A stretch of DNA of 64,000 nucleotides from Eledone cirrhosa (GCA_964016885.1 OZ024757.1:26660001-26724000); one strand, 5' to 3'. Positions 40,626 to 53,212 are shown, counted from the stretch's first letter. The notes: a model not told the origin generated them from the sequence alone. A program made the numbers and translations.

Positions 40626-40626
<1 letters not shown>
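40228..40626. mobile_element. Nested fold-back element with hammerhead-like cores (Penelope-like remnant)
   Basis: Outer inverted repeat 40228-40290/40564-40626 carries CTGATGA-T-TTC(CTTC)GAA-T-GAAA-CAG..CTG-TA; inner near-perfect hairpin 40369-40472. Confidence 0.6.
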
Positions 40627-40684
<58 letters not shown>

Positions 40685-41086
40685 TAAAATAACAGATTAA
40701 AGTTTAAGCAAAGAATCGCTGCTTTCACCCTTAATTATTATTACTATATATATATATATCGATGATCGTTCAGACGAAACAAGTAGTGGACTAAGTCAGT
40801 CACAGTTTCCACTGTGACTCACACTTGTTGCTATCGATTTCTTAGTTACTTTCTTCTGCCGTTCTCACATTCTTATATACTAGGTATTATGGTGGTATTT
40901 AGTAACTATTATATCATCAAACATACAAATACACATATATACACTCACCAGTCATACTATCATAGTAACACCCTCACACACACCCCGACTTTTCTATTAT
41001 AACAAGGTAAAGGGTGTTTATTCATAGTTGTATAAAAAATATATTAATATAATGCTTGCAGAACGAAAACACAAACACGTATAATA

Positions 41087-41248
41087 CAGGTAAAATTCCG
41101 TTATAACGAATTTTTCAGTATAACGAAATTTTGTTTCAATCTCCGAAACAAACGTTCGATTTGTTTCGATCGATCTCGTTATAAAGAATTTTTCGTTACA
41201 ACGAATTTTTTTATACCCCGTGAATTTCGTTATAACGGAATTTCACTG
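41087..41248. mobile_element. pogo/Tigger-type MITE
   Basis: TA-CAGGTAAAATTCCGTTATAACGAA...TTCGTTATAACGGAATTTCACTG-TA. A second copy at 44459-44613 is cut by an RTE insertion. Confidence 0.8.
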
Positions 41249-41453
41249 TATATACAAATATAAACACATAATAGAGGGGGGAGCAATTCACCACTAAGTG
41301 CGACAGTCGACGGCACATCAAGGGTTGTATCACATACAAATAAACATACCTACACACTTATATTTACTATTATACTATTTATATTTGTCAATTACATTGA
41401 ATATTTTTGTTTAAAAATCTATAAATATATTTAATATATACAATATAGAATTA

Positions 41454-41651
41454 TAGACCTGTCAACCTCTAAAAGGCCAAACGGGGAGTACCATGAAAAA
41501 AAAAGTGCCCCAAAACGGGGAGAAATGAGGCAAAAATGGGGAGATTTTACATAATGAAAGCTATACCCATTTTCACAAGAGAAGACATCTCTCACCCAAC
41601 CGAAAGTGGTTGGAAGATCTCCCTGTCGGACGGGGAGAGTCGACAGGTCTG
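41454..41651. mobile_element. MITE with AGACCTGTCAAC TIR (hAT-like)
   Basis: TIRs at both ends; inverted copy at 38373-38545 and a partial copy at ~38243-38305. Confidence 0.7.
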
Positions 41652-41692
41652 GAATCGGAACGAAACATTGTTAATACACTGGTATATTACAC

Positions 41693-42310
41693 AATCTGAG
41701 TTCAAATCCTGCTAAGGTTAGCTTTGCCTTTCATCCTTACGGGGTCGATAAAATGAAGTACCGGTAATGAACTGGGGTCGATTTAATCGACTTTCCCTTC
41801 CCCTAAAATTGTTGGTCTGGGGGTCAATTTAATTGATTAACGCCTCCTCACTAAATTTCAGACCTTGTGCCTATGTTAGAAACAATTAATGGTGGTGGAT
41901 TGGCAGAATTGTTAGATCATCGGATCAGTTGCTGTGTTGTATTTAGTTATAGTTCTTTATGTTCTGAGTTTAAAACCTGCTGAAGTCAACTTCGCCTTTC
42001 ATCCTTACAAAGTCGATAAAATAAAGTACCAGTAACACACTGAGGTCGATTTAATCGACTTTCCCTCCCCTAAAATTGTTGGCCTTGTGCCTAAATCAGA
42101 AACCATTATTATTATTAATCTTTGTAGTGTTTAATTACTACATTCTAATGTTCTGAGTTCAAATCCCGTCGAGGTTAGCTTTGCCTTTCATCCTTACGAG
42201 GTCGATAAAATATAAAATAAAGTACCAGTAATAAACTGGACTCTATTTAATCGACTTTCCTCTTCCCCTAAAATTGTTGGCCTTGTACTTAAATCAGAAA
42301 CCAATAATTT
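41693..42310 (+). mobile_element. Cluster of SINE family B copies
   Basis: Three partial or complete tandem copies in ZDHHC12 intron 1. Confidence 0.8.
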
Positions 42311-44027
42311 TATGAATAATTATATTTTCCCTTGTGTGTGTGTTTGTGGGGTATGTAGCTTAGACCCCCAAATGGTAAACCCAGTGCCGGATTTTCCATT
42401 GTGCTTAGGTGTGCTTAAGCACAGGGTCCCGTTGATCGGGGGGGGGGGGGGGGGTTACCTTCCTGCCAAATATTTTTTTTACAATGAACTACCTCCTTCG
42501 GGGCCCGAATAAGGGTCCTCATAACTTAACTATCACAGGGCCTCATTTGTCCTAAATCCGGCACTGGTCACACTAAATCAATTTGTTGTGAAATATTACA
42601 AAACCCGGCCTCTACGCTGGTAAAACACAGGTACTTATGGTAAAGTGGAAGAAGCAACTTTTTAAATGAACTTTTTGACAGTTTCTGTGAATTAAAATAA
42701 ATTATGGAACCCACAGAATTTAATCCTGTGCTATAAATACTTAGCTAAATTTGACTTTTAAATTGCTGCTTTTTATTGCTTGTTCTTCAATACTAATATT
42801 GCGTTTTATCACTAGCTAAGCAGTGTTAAAACAAAATGTACTTTTAAGTGTCTCTTTTGACATTAAAAACAAATAAATATAGATACTTAAAATCAGAGAA
42901 TTCAATTACCTAATGTCTCGTGTCTTTAACGTTCTTGAATTTCTATTGAAAGACACTCCCATCCCATTCTCCATTTTCTGTGACCCCAGAAACCTTGCTA
43001 TTCCCTTCCTTTACCGTTTTCATAACCACAAAAGACACTTGAATGTTTTTACTGCTAAATTATTCTTTATTCTTGTCTTGACAATAATTTCATCTTCAAT
43101 TTTATTTAATTCCCCCCCCCCCCCCATATCGCCAACCTCTACATATCCAACAATCTTGAAATATATAAAATTAAATTAAATTTTTGAATAATTTTGAAAA
43201 TCATCAAGAATTTTGATGTATTTCCAAGTGAAAGGAACGCGGAACATGTATAGGTTGTTAATGTTAAAACGTTCCTTGTGTCTCAGTCTCGTTTTATTGG
43301 CAGAAAATGATGTAATATTGATATCTAGTTTAGGTACAAGGTAAAGGGAGAAGTTGATTAAATTAACCACAGTACTTGACTGGTATTTTTAGGGTTAGAT
43401 TTAGACCCTGGGAGGCCCGGGGCACTTCAGTTTTGTTTTTTTTTCATTTATTTTCATAAACATATCGTATACAGCTTCATATACACCTCCTTTATGAACC
43501 ACGCTATGTTAGTGCTACTACTAATTACATAGCAATACATACACACACACATATATATATACATGCCCACATACACATATATATAAATGCATGCACACAC
43601 ACACACACACGTATATATATATATATGCACACACATATACAGGGTGTCCCCAAAAGATGTATAGATACTTTGATTACCTGTACAGGCAATATTTATTAGA
43701 ATGCTGTTGAAGTGTGTATACATTTTTGAGGGACACCCTGTATATATATATATATACATATACACACACACAATATATATATATATATATACATATACAC
43801 ACTATATATATATATAGAAAGACATACACACACACATGCATATATATATATATATATATACAGCCTTGGCTCTATCTTTCAACTACCACATGTTATTGCT
43901 CCACTAATTTCCCACATGTTTCTCGATAAGCTACTTATTTCTACCTTCATATAGCTTCTCTTATCATCACCTGCAGTATTTACTTCTCCCTCTCCTATTG
44001 TCCACATCTAACTGTTAATTTACCTAG

Positions 44028-44100
<73 letters not shown>

Positions 44101-44113
44101 TATATATAAATGT

Positions 44114-44408
44114 ATGTATAGTATATTTGGCAATATAGCATATGTTTAATTTAAAACATTTAGAAGACCATACGCTATCAGTTTTAAAGTAGTGACTATG
44201 TCACTTCTTTTCAGTGAAAGAAGGGAGAGAAGCTGACAGTCTGTTTCACGCTGGTTGGCGATAATCAGAGCCACCTACTCACCTGCTTCTCTCCCTTCTT
44301 TTGCTGAAAAGAAGTAAGTGACATAGTCACTACTTTAAAACTGATAGCGCATCGTCTTCTAAATGTTTTTAATTAAACATACGGTATATTGCCAAGTATA
44401 CTATACAT
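44114..44408. repeat. Long inverted repeat (~120-bp arms) with a hammerhead-like motif in the loop
   Basis: Arms 44114-44233 and 44285-44408. The minus strand of 44231-44272 reads GGCT-CTGATTA-T-CGC(CAACCA)GCG-T-GAAA-CAGACTG-T-C-AGCT. Confidence 0.85.
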
Positions 44409-44612
44409 CGCCATTTCAGAGCACCAATCCTAATACCATACATATATATATATATATACAGGTAAAATTCCAAACGAATACCATTATAATGAATTTTTCA
44501 GTATAACGGGATTTTTTTCAATCCCCGGCCTCGATGTGTTTCGGTCCATCTTGTTATAAAGAATTTTTCATTATGACAAATTATTTTTTATACCCCCATG
44601 AATTTCTTTATA

Positions 44613-45406
44613 AGGAGAGTTAAGGCGAAAAAGATATCAGATGCTGAATTTGCCGACGACATAGTTTTGGTGACAAATATAGTGCAGGAGGCAGAGGATT
44701 TGATGCAGGAGGTTGAGACTGTGTCGATGAGTGTGGGGCTGAGAATGAATGAGACTAAAACAAAATATCTGGTAGAGAATGTTGAGAAGCCAGAGGGGAT
44801 CACTAATGTAGGAGGGAAGCTGCTAGAATTGGTTGAGGACTTCCTGTATTTGGGAGCAAAGATTGGGAATATGGAAGATGATGTGGTTGAGAGGAAGAGC
44901 AAAGCCTGGGCGGCGTGCCACAGCTTGAGATCGGTGTGGAACTCGGACCTTCGTAAAGACCTGAAAATCCGCCTCTTCATTGCTGAAGTGGAGTCTGTGC
45001 TGCTGTACGGGTCTGAGACTTGGACACTGACCAAGAAACTCACTCAGATGGTGGATAGGTGCTACACGAGATGCTGAGGAAGTCTCTGAACATTAATCAG
45101 TATACACTGAGGATGAAAAACTCAGAGCTGTATGGGAGCCTCCCAAAAGTCAGCTCAAAAGTGACACAGAGGAGACTGAGGTTGGCTGGACATGCTCGCC
45201 AACATCCAGAATTGACATTGCACTCAGTGCTCCTGTGGGAGCCCCTACATGGACACACTGGAAGAGGAAGACCAAGGTTAACGTATGTTGATGCCCTACG
45301 GACAGACACTGGTCTGTTGGAGACACAGGACATGGCAGCGATAATGAGGGACAGAGACCGCTGGAGAGAACTCGTCCATGGATCTCGGGAATTTTACCCG
45401 CCCTAG
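44613..45406 (+). mobile_element. RTE-type LINE, 5'-truncated RT C-terminal half
   Basis: EFADDIVL, ESVLLYGSETWTL, then a frameshift near 45065, then RRLRLAGH...GRGRPRLTYVD. Confidence 0.9.
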
Positions 45407-45947
45407 AATATATATATATATTTAAGAGTTGGTGCCTGACAGCTGAGCTCCTCCTGTTTCAACAGCTAGTTCTTGACTGCTAGCCTGTGGCTAACAGTCA
45501 AGAACTAGCTGTTGAAACTCTTTATAATATAACCATACTCTACTACCCCAAGTATCGAGTACTCTGTTGAGTAATGTTCGCACTAGTTTTAAACTGGTTC
45601 TATCCTGATATATATTAGAACTAAGTTCTTACCATTTCAGTAACATACTTAACCCTTCAGCATTTAAACCAGCCATATCCAGCCAGAATTCTCTCACCCC
45701 TTTCTGTTCAAACTGGCTGTAACTGGCCACTCATACTGATGTTAAGGTATTGTTCTCAAAATAAATAACACCAAATTCTTGTAGATTCGATATTATGTGA
45801 GATAATTATATGAGGTAAAGCCTATACTATGAACATATAATAGAAAATATAGAGTAATGTAAATGCTGAAGGGTTAATAGACCAATACCAAACACCTCTA
45901 AACTGGTTCAGTGATGCTATCTACTATCTTTCCTTTCTATTTTTCAG

Positions 45948-46084
45948 AGCTACGTCGAGCTATGTACTACTTTGAACGTCCAGTGTATGCCATATGCTAC
46001 CTCCTGCTGTTAATCTTCTCACTAGTAATGTATTACCTGGCCTGTCTTGTCAACCCTGGCTACATAGAAGGCACTGGTAAAACA
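45948..46084 (+). CDS. ZDHHC12: ZDHHC12 coding exon 2
   Basis: ttttcag acceptor, gtaagt donor; (E)LRRAMYYFERPVYAICYLLLLIFSLVMYYLACLVNPGYIEGTGKT (TM2 plus NPG motif). Confidence 0.93.
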
Positions 46085-46970
46085 GTAAGTATCTACCCAC
46101 ATACACCAATAATTCTTGACGAATTTCTTTATTTCTCTTGGGGTAGGGATTCCATGTAAGGGTCTCTCTATCTGTCGGGTCACATTTTGTATTGTTCTGC
46201 AGATTATTCTTTTATCCTTTTACTAGTTCCAGTCATTAGACTGTGGCCATGTTAAACAAAGGTTCAGAAGAACTCTTCAGTTGTGTCAAAGACATGAAAA
46301 CCTTCCTGGTATTGGTGAGCTACTTGATAAATGCTCCTAGTACACTCTGTAAAGTGGTTGGTGACAGGAATGGCATCCAGCCATAGAAAACCTGCTTAAC
46401 AATGGGTCGAGAGGACCTTTCAGTTGTGTTAAAGACATGACAACCTTCCTGGTATTGGGGATCTACTTGATAAATGCACCTAGTACACTCTGTAAAATGG
46501 TTGATGACAGGAAGGGCATCCAGCCATAGAAAACTTGCTGAACAAAGGATAGGGAGAACTCTTCAGCTGTGTTGAAGACATACCAACCTCCTTAGTGTTG
46601 GCACCATGATAAAATGCACTCTGTGGAGCGCAGGATCATGAGACATAGACTGCTGGCCCATCTGAGAGGTCAGTAACCCTGCTTGAGTACTGACTCAGTC
46701 TGTGAAAACCCGTTCAACTCTAGCTAACAGAGAAGAAAGACTTTAAATGGTGGTAATGGTCAGTGTTGAATTTACCATTGTGCTTAGGTGTGCTTAAGCA
46801 CAGGGCCCCGTTGTTCAGCAGCAAACTCATCTTCCTGCCAAAAAAATGTTTACCTCTTTCAGGGCCCAAGTAAGGGACCTCATAACTTAACTAGAACAAA
46901 GCATCAATTGTCCTAAATCCGGCATTGGTGATGATGATGATGATGATGATGTGATATTCTTTCTGTTTAG

Positions 46971-47078
46971 AAACTGTCAATGCTGAACAACAACTCTGAT
47001 GAAGAAGACATATATGAAGACAGTCAGATGATGAATAAGATCAACAACTACAGACGCTGTGATTTCTGTGAAGTACAG
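46971..47078 (+). CDS. ZDHHC12: ZDHHC12 coding exon 3
   Basis: tgtttag acceptor, gtaagc donor; KLSMLNNNSDEEDIYEDSQMMNKINNYRRCDFCEVQ. Confidence 0.92.
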
Positions 47079-47099
47079 GTAAGCTATCTTTTGACTATT

Positions 47100-47565
47100 T
47101 TTTTAGGGTAGCTAAAATTCCCTAGAACCATGGACCAGTTCTCTCCAGTGGTCTCTGTCCTTCATCATCATTGCTGTGTCTCATGCCTCCTGGAGACCAG
47201 TGTCTGTCCTTAGGGCATCAACATATGACATCCTCAGTCTCCCTCTTCCAGCATGTCAGTGTAGGGATTTAGGGCAGGTGAAATTCCTGAGAACCATGGA
47301 CCAGTTCCCTCCAGAGGTCTCTGTCCTTCATCATCACTGCTGTGTTTCTCACCTCCCAGCGACCAGTGTCTATCCTTAGGGCATCATCTCTCAGAACTGA
47401 GGATATGACATCCTCAGTCTCCCTCTTCCAGCGTGTCGATGTAGGAACTACTACAGGACCAGGAGTGCAGTGTCAACTTTGAATGTCGGTGAGCATGTCC
47501 AGCTAACCTCAGTCTCGTCTGTGTCACTTTCGAGCTGACTTTTGGAAGGCTCCCGTACAGTGAGT
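47100..47565 (-). mobile_element. Degenerate RTE LINE 3' fragment, inverted, with ~165-bp tandem duplication
   Basis: Reverse complement of ~45125-45406; the terminal part occurs twice. Confidence 0.8.
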
Positions 47566-47726
47566 GCTGGTTAATGTTCAGAGCCATGCCTAATATTAAT
47601 GATTCTTAACTCTTTGAAACATTACACCCTTGTGGGAAGAAAAACAATAACATTGATAGCTTGGAAGAGTTCTAAAATAAGAACAGATGATGGTGCTAAT
47701 ATAATTGTTTTCTTGGTGTTTTTCAG

Positions 47727-47893
47727 CAACCTATGCGGAGTAAACACTGCGAAGACTGCAAGAAATGTGTACGCAAGTATGACCACCATTGTCACTGGCT
47801 TGAGACTTGTGTCGGAGAAAGAAATCACAGATTCTTTTGGTTGTTCCTGCTTTCCATAGCTGCTCTCATCATCTGGACAATCTCTATCACCTG
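47727..47893 (+). CDS. ZDHHC12: ZDHHC12 coding exon 4 (DHHC domain)
   Basis: [42 protein letters not shown]...; tttcag acceptor, gtaagc donor. Confidence 0.96.
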
Positions 47894-48474
47894 GTAAGCT
47901 TGCTCCAACAAACACATATAAAAATATATAAATACCTTCTTTGAGTGGTAGCCTTCACACGATACTCTGTCCAACACCACTTGCTGGAAGATTTGCCACT
48001 GGAACAAAAGGACGATGTGGTCATCTAGAAAACACATGGTGTTAATGAGGCTGTTTGCTTGCAAACAAACTGAATATTAATAATATTATTAATATTCACT
48101 CACGGTTTGAGCAAAAACAAATTTCCTTTTTTTAATTTTCAGCAAAGCCGGCCTAAAATCGCTCGATATGCAAATTAGGCTAATCAACCAATGTATACAT
48201 TTGACAATACTATGTATTCTCAACAGTTCCGGCGGATAACAGTGACAAGAATACATAGTCTCGATAAGGAGCAAAAACTCCGAAACAATTGTCGACTGTT
48301 TTCTCTCAGCTACCGCTGGAACAAAAGGATATCATGGTCATCTAGAAAACACACATGGTATTTACGAGGCTGTCTGCTTGCAAATAAACCAAATATTAAT
48401 GATATTATTATAATATTATTGTTATTCAGTCACAAATGTATTTAGGTTCCACCAAGTTAAGAGCAAAAACAAAT

Positions 48475-48800
48475 TTGGCTTAATGGTTAGAGCATTGGCC
48501 TTGCAATCGAAAGGTTGTGAGTTCGATTCCCAGACCGGGTGATGTGTTGTTTCCTTGAGCAAGACACTTTATTTCACATTGCTCCAGTTTACTCAGCTGT
48601 AGAAATGAGATGATAGGGACTGGGCTCCCTATCATTCCACTGCAAAGTGGTCGTGGAGGTGCCACGGCAAAAAAGCACCCAGCACTCACTGTAAATGAGG
48701 TTGGTGTTAGGAAGGGCATCCAGCTGTAGAAATCAAGCCAGAATCAGTTCCCGTCCCACCCTTGCAAGCAGGGAAAAGCGGACGTAAAATGATGATGATG
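48475..48800 (+). mobile_element. SINE family A, near full length
   Basis: A box TGGCTTAATGG, B box GTTCGATTCC, RTE-like tail (GAT)n; followed by a family C SINE at 48812-49096. Confidence 0.85.
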
Positions 48801-49092
48801 ATATATATATCGTGGAGGTATGTGACCTAGTAGTAAGGGTATTGGACTTACAATCGTAATGTTGTGGGTTCGATTCCTGGGCTGTGTGTTGTGTTCTTGA
48901 GCAAAACACTTCATTTCACGTTGCTCCAGTATACTCAGCTGAAAATGAGAACCAGCAATAGCTGGAGGTTTAACCCTGCGATGGACTGGCGTCCCGTCCA
49001 GAGAGGAAGTCTTGTACTCTCAGTCGCTTCACGCCATGAAACCGGGATAAGTACCAGCCAAATGAGCCTTCTGGCTTAAGACAGACTTTAGA

Positions 49093-49140
<48 letters not shown>

Positions 49141-49295
49141 TTGAACATAAACAAAGATGGATGAGTTGCATAAAGTTGAGTGCTTTTTCTAATATTACAT
49201 CACGGTTGACTATACGGAATGACCAGTTCTATCCAGTGGTGAACCAACAAATCTAAATGAATATATATATATACATATTTATTTTTCACTTTCAG

Positions 49296-49632
49296 GAATG
49301 CAATTGTCTTCAGACTGGAGTGGCTGGAATGGCTAAAAACCAATGCTCTGCTATTCTGTAACCTCTTCATTTTAGTCATTGCTGCCATGGCTGTGTTGGG
49401 TCTGTTGGGATTCCATTCTTACCTCATCTCTCAGAACCTTACCACATGGGAGTTTGTCTCCCAGGAGAGGATCACCTACCTGAAATACTTGGACGACTCC
49501 TACAATCCCTTCAATGAGGGATGCCCTTGCAATATCTACAACTTCCTCTTCGGTTGGAAAATTCGCCACTGGGAGGCGCTCTACACCAAGAAAGCCGACA
49601 TGGAGACCGTGGCCAGTGGCGGCATTGTGTGA
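49296..49632 (+). CDS. ZDHHC12: ZDHHC12 coding exon 5 (terminal)
   Basis: ttcag acceptor; ...HSYLISQNLTTWEF (TTxE motif)...NPFNEG...NIYNFL (PaCCT motif); TGA stop. Confidence 0.95.
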
Positions 49633-50636
49633 ATAAAACAAAACCAAAACAAACAAACATACACACTAAAAAACATCACCACCATAACTCTTCCTTCCCC
49701 TTTGTCCACCCCACTCACAACTTTTACCATTTTCTCAACTTATTCCTTGTTTTCAGTAACCATTTAGATAAATACTAATTTTGATTTTTGTTATTTTTAT
49801 TTCTTTAATCCCTGATCCTTGACAGATCTCCCACCACCATTATATGACACCCCTAATCCTTGACACCACAAACCACATATCTCCACCAATCCCAAAAAAT
49901 ACCACTGCTGCTACTACTATTACTACTACCACTGCTACAACAAAGAGCAACCATACTATACCTCCCACCACCATACTATAACACTTCCAACCACAAACAC
50001 CACCACCACATAACTCCACCGAGCCAAGAAACTACCACTACTACTACTACCAAAAAAGAACAACAACACTATTTCTCCTACCACCAATCCAACAAACTAC
50101 TACTACTACTATTACTACTACCACCACCAAGAACAACAACACTATATCAGCCACCAACACCACAACAACCGTCTCTCTCTATTCCTCAGATTCTAAAAAA
50201 AAATTTGAAAGCCCCTCTCCCCTCAAAACAACAACAGCAACAACAACTACAGCAACCTAATGAAAATACTCAGTTATCCTAACCAACCCTAGTTAGGATA
50301 GCTAAATGTAATAGTTTATGATATTTATTGATCATTCTACCTTAGCTATCCTTAAATATTATCAAAAATATATCTGCTGATCATATACAAGATAGCTACA
50401 TTTTTTTGGCACCAGTCTTCGCCCCAATTTGCCATATTCTTATAATTAAAAAAAAAATACACATTGCCAATATATTTTTTCATACTTTCTCTGTTTCTGT
50501 CTGTCTGTCCCTCTCTCTTTCTCTTTATCTCAGCACCTCCTTCTATCTCTTATCCTCTCTTAGCCCTTTCTCTCCCTTCTGCCAGTATTTCTTTCTCTCT
50601 CTCTCTCATCTGCTGTCAATCCTTTCTCCTTCCTAT

Positions 50637-50815
50637 TTGGCAGTATCGGTAGAGGGTCGGACGCCATGCTTTGCAGCATAGTTAGGTCCCTTTACGGTCT
50701 GAGTTCAAATCCCGTTGAGATTAACTTTGCCTGTCATCCTTACGGGGTCGATAAAATAAAGTACCAGTAATGCACTGGGATAATTGCTGGCCTTGTGCTA
50801 AAAGTAGACACAATT
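50637..50815 (+). mobile_element. SINE family B
   Basis: Same family as 22685-22875. Confidence 0.85.
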
Positions 50816-50869
50816 ATAATATATATATATATATATATCTGTTTACTTTTTACACACACACATACACAT

Positions 50870-50913
<44 letters not shown>

Positions 50914-50946
50914 CTGTTTACTTTTTACACACACACATACACACAT

Positions 50947-51002
<56 letters not shown>

Positions 51003-51109
51003 CAGTAAACAAGTAAACACTGTGTTATTAAGAGTTTGGGATATTTTCCTTGAGCTTATTTGATAAGGTAACATTGTGAGTTAATTTTTATATATATATT
51101 ATAATATGT

Positions 51110-51435
51110 ATATATCTTACTCTACCCTCTTTGTTATATATATATATATATATCTTACTCTACCCTTTTGTTATATATATATATATATATATCTTACTCT
51201 ACCCTCTTTGTTATATATATATATATATCTTACTCTACCCTCTTTGTTATATATATATATATATATCTTACTACACCCTCTTTGTTATATATATATATAT
51301 ATCTTACTACACCCTCTTTGTTATATATATATATACATATCTTACTCTACCCTCTTTGTTATATATATATATATATCTTACTCTACCCTCTTTGTTATAT
51401 ATATATATCTTACTACACCCTTTTTGTTATATATT
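51110..51435. repeat. Minisatellite CTTACTCTACCCTCTTTGT(TA)n, about 9 units
   Basis: Tandem iterations with variable TA spacer. Confidence 0.92.
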
Positions 51436-52748
51436 TATGTGTGTGTGTATGTATTCTTTTTCGTTCCCACATGTCTGTCAACAAAATTACTGAGTAATCT
51501 CTCTCTCTCCTCTTCTCTTCTCTATCTATCTATCTATCTATCAATCTATTTACAATATTTGTTCTTTTCCCTGCAAATCCGCACAAATCTTCTACTAAAA
51601 CACATTTGTCCCACCATACACTAATTAGTTCCCTCTGACTAACGAGCCCTCTTCATCATTATTTCGGTCCATATATCTTATCTTAACGAGTCAAATTATT
51701 GTCTTCTTTCTTTCTATTCCATTTCTCAGCTATGTTTCTGTTTGCAATATACCTTGCTGCAAAACCTTTGATCTATTACCAGGCAATATTGTTATAGTAG
51801 TTTAACCCTAGGTCACCCCTTGTTGATCATTTGTCCCTTTTTTGTTTCCTCAGTAATAACATATCTTGGACCAAATTATTCAGTGTGACTTCTCTGTGTC
51901 TCTGGGTGTTTGTTTGTTTTTTCTTTAGGCCTTAGGGGAAATTTAACTGCCATTTCTAGCAAGCCGACTTATTGACTGATTTACCATTTAGAGCCTTGTT
52001 CATTGGCTCCCTCGGCTGTGTGATGTTCCCTTAGTTCTCCTTCTCCTTCCTTTTCCCCTTTATATTGAACTATTTGTTATTGTTGATCCTTTCAATAAAA
52101 GTCCTATGATAACATTGCCTTTACCAACTCTTCCTCCCCCTCCCCACCCTCCCACCCCTTTTTGAACCGCTTCAGCTGCTATAATATTTTTTCAGAACAA
52201 ACAAAAGAAAAAAAAATGGAAATAAAAAAAGTATAAAATACATTTTAAAAAGTTGCTTGTTATTCTGTGATTTTTCTCTCTGTGTGTATATTATATATCA
52301 TTATCATGATCATCATAATTATCATCATCATCATCCTCATCACCATCATTGTTTAAAGTTCACTTTCCATGCTAGCATGGGTTAGACAGGTTGTCCCATT
52401 TAAAGCAAGTTGGATCAGGTGACTGTGTCTTGCTCATATAGACAGAAAAAAAGTTGCAAGTGACAGCTATAAGGAATCAAATATAAATGTGTGTGTGTAA
52501 GTGTGTTGTGTATGTGTGTAAGTGTGTTGTGTGTGTGTGAGTATGGGTGTGTGTAAGTGTGTGTAAGTATGTGTGTGAATGTGTAAGTTATTTATGAAAT
52601 GGTAATAATAAAAATAAAGTTCAAGAGACTTCGGTACCTTTGATAAAGTAAATATTTAATATATATGGTTATATTGTTCCATTCCAGCTTCCAGCCTTGT
52701 ATGTCTCATGGTTTCATATCAGTGTTTCAGAAGTCTGCAAGATTTAGT

Positions 52749-52784
52749 TTAATCAGCAGTCAGGCCCATAACTTTGAGAATTTC
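52749..52784 (-). CDS. AFMID: Kynurenine formamidase, terminal coding exon
   Basis: ttttttacag acceptor; EILKVMGLTAD*; phase 0 matches the previous exon. Confidence 0.8.
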   Translation of the reverse strand, partial: EILKVMGLTAD

Positions 52785-52822
52785 CTGTAAAAAATTATAT
52801 ATATAAATATATATATATATAT

Positions 52823-53160
52823 ATCATCATCATCATCATCATTTTACGTCCACTTTTCCCTGCTTGCAAGGGTGGGACGGGAACTGATTCTGGCTTGATT
52901 TCTACAACTGGATGCCCTTCCTAACACCAACCTCATTTACAGTGAGTGCTGGGTGCTTTTTTGCCGTGGCACCTCCACAACCACTTTGCAGTGGAATGAT
53001 AGGGACCCCAGTCCCTATTATCTCATTTCTACAGCTGAGTAAACTGGAGCAATGTGAAATAAAGTGTCTTGCTCAAGGAAACAACACATCACCCAGTGAG
53101 AATTGAACTCACAACCTTTCGATTGCAAGGCCAATGCTCTAACCACTAAGCCATGTGCCT

Positions 53161-53162
<2 letters not shown>
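52823..53162 (-). mobile_element. SINE family A, full length
   Basis: Reverse complement of 48475-48800 with a complete tRNA-like head. Confidence 0.85.

Positions 53163-53212
<50 letters not shown>

Noticed and set aside
48475-48545. tRNA gene
   Set aside because: tRNA-like head continues into a multi-copy SINE body and has no complete acceptor stem; the same holds for the other SINE heads.
49372-49656. Minus-strand 94-aa ORF
   Set aside because: Antisense shadow of ZDHHC12 exon 5; likewise 47622-47915, 44588-45043 and 28327-28674 shadow real ORFs.
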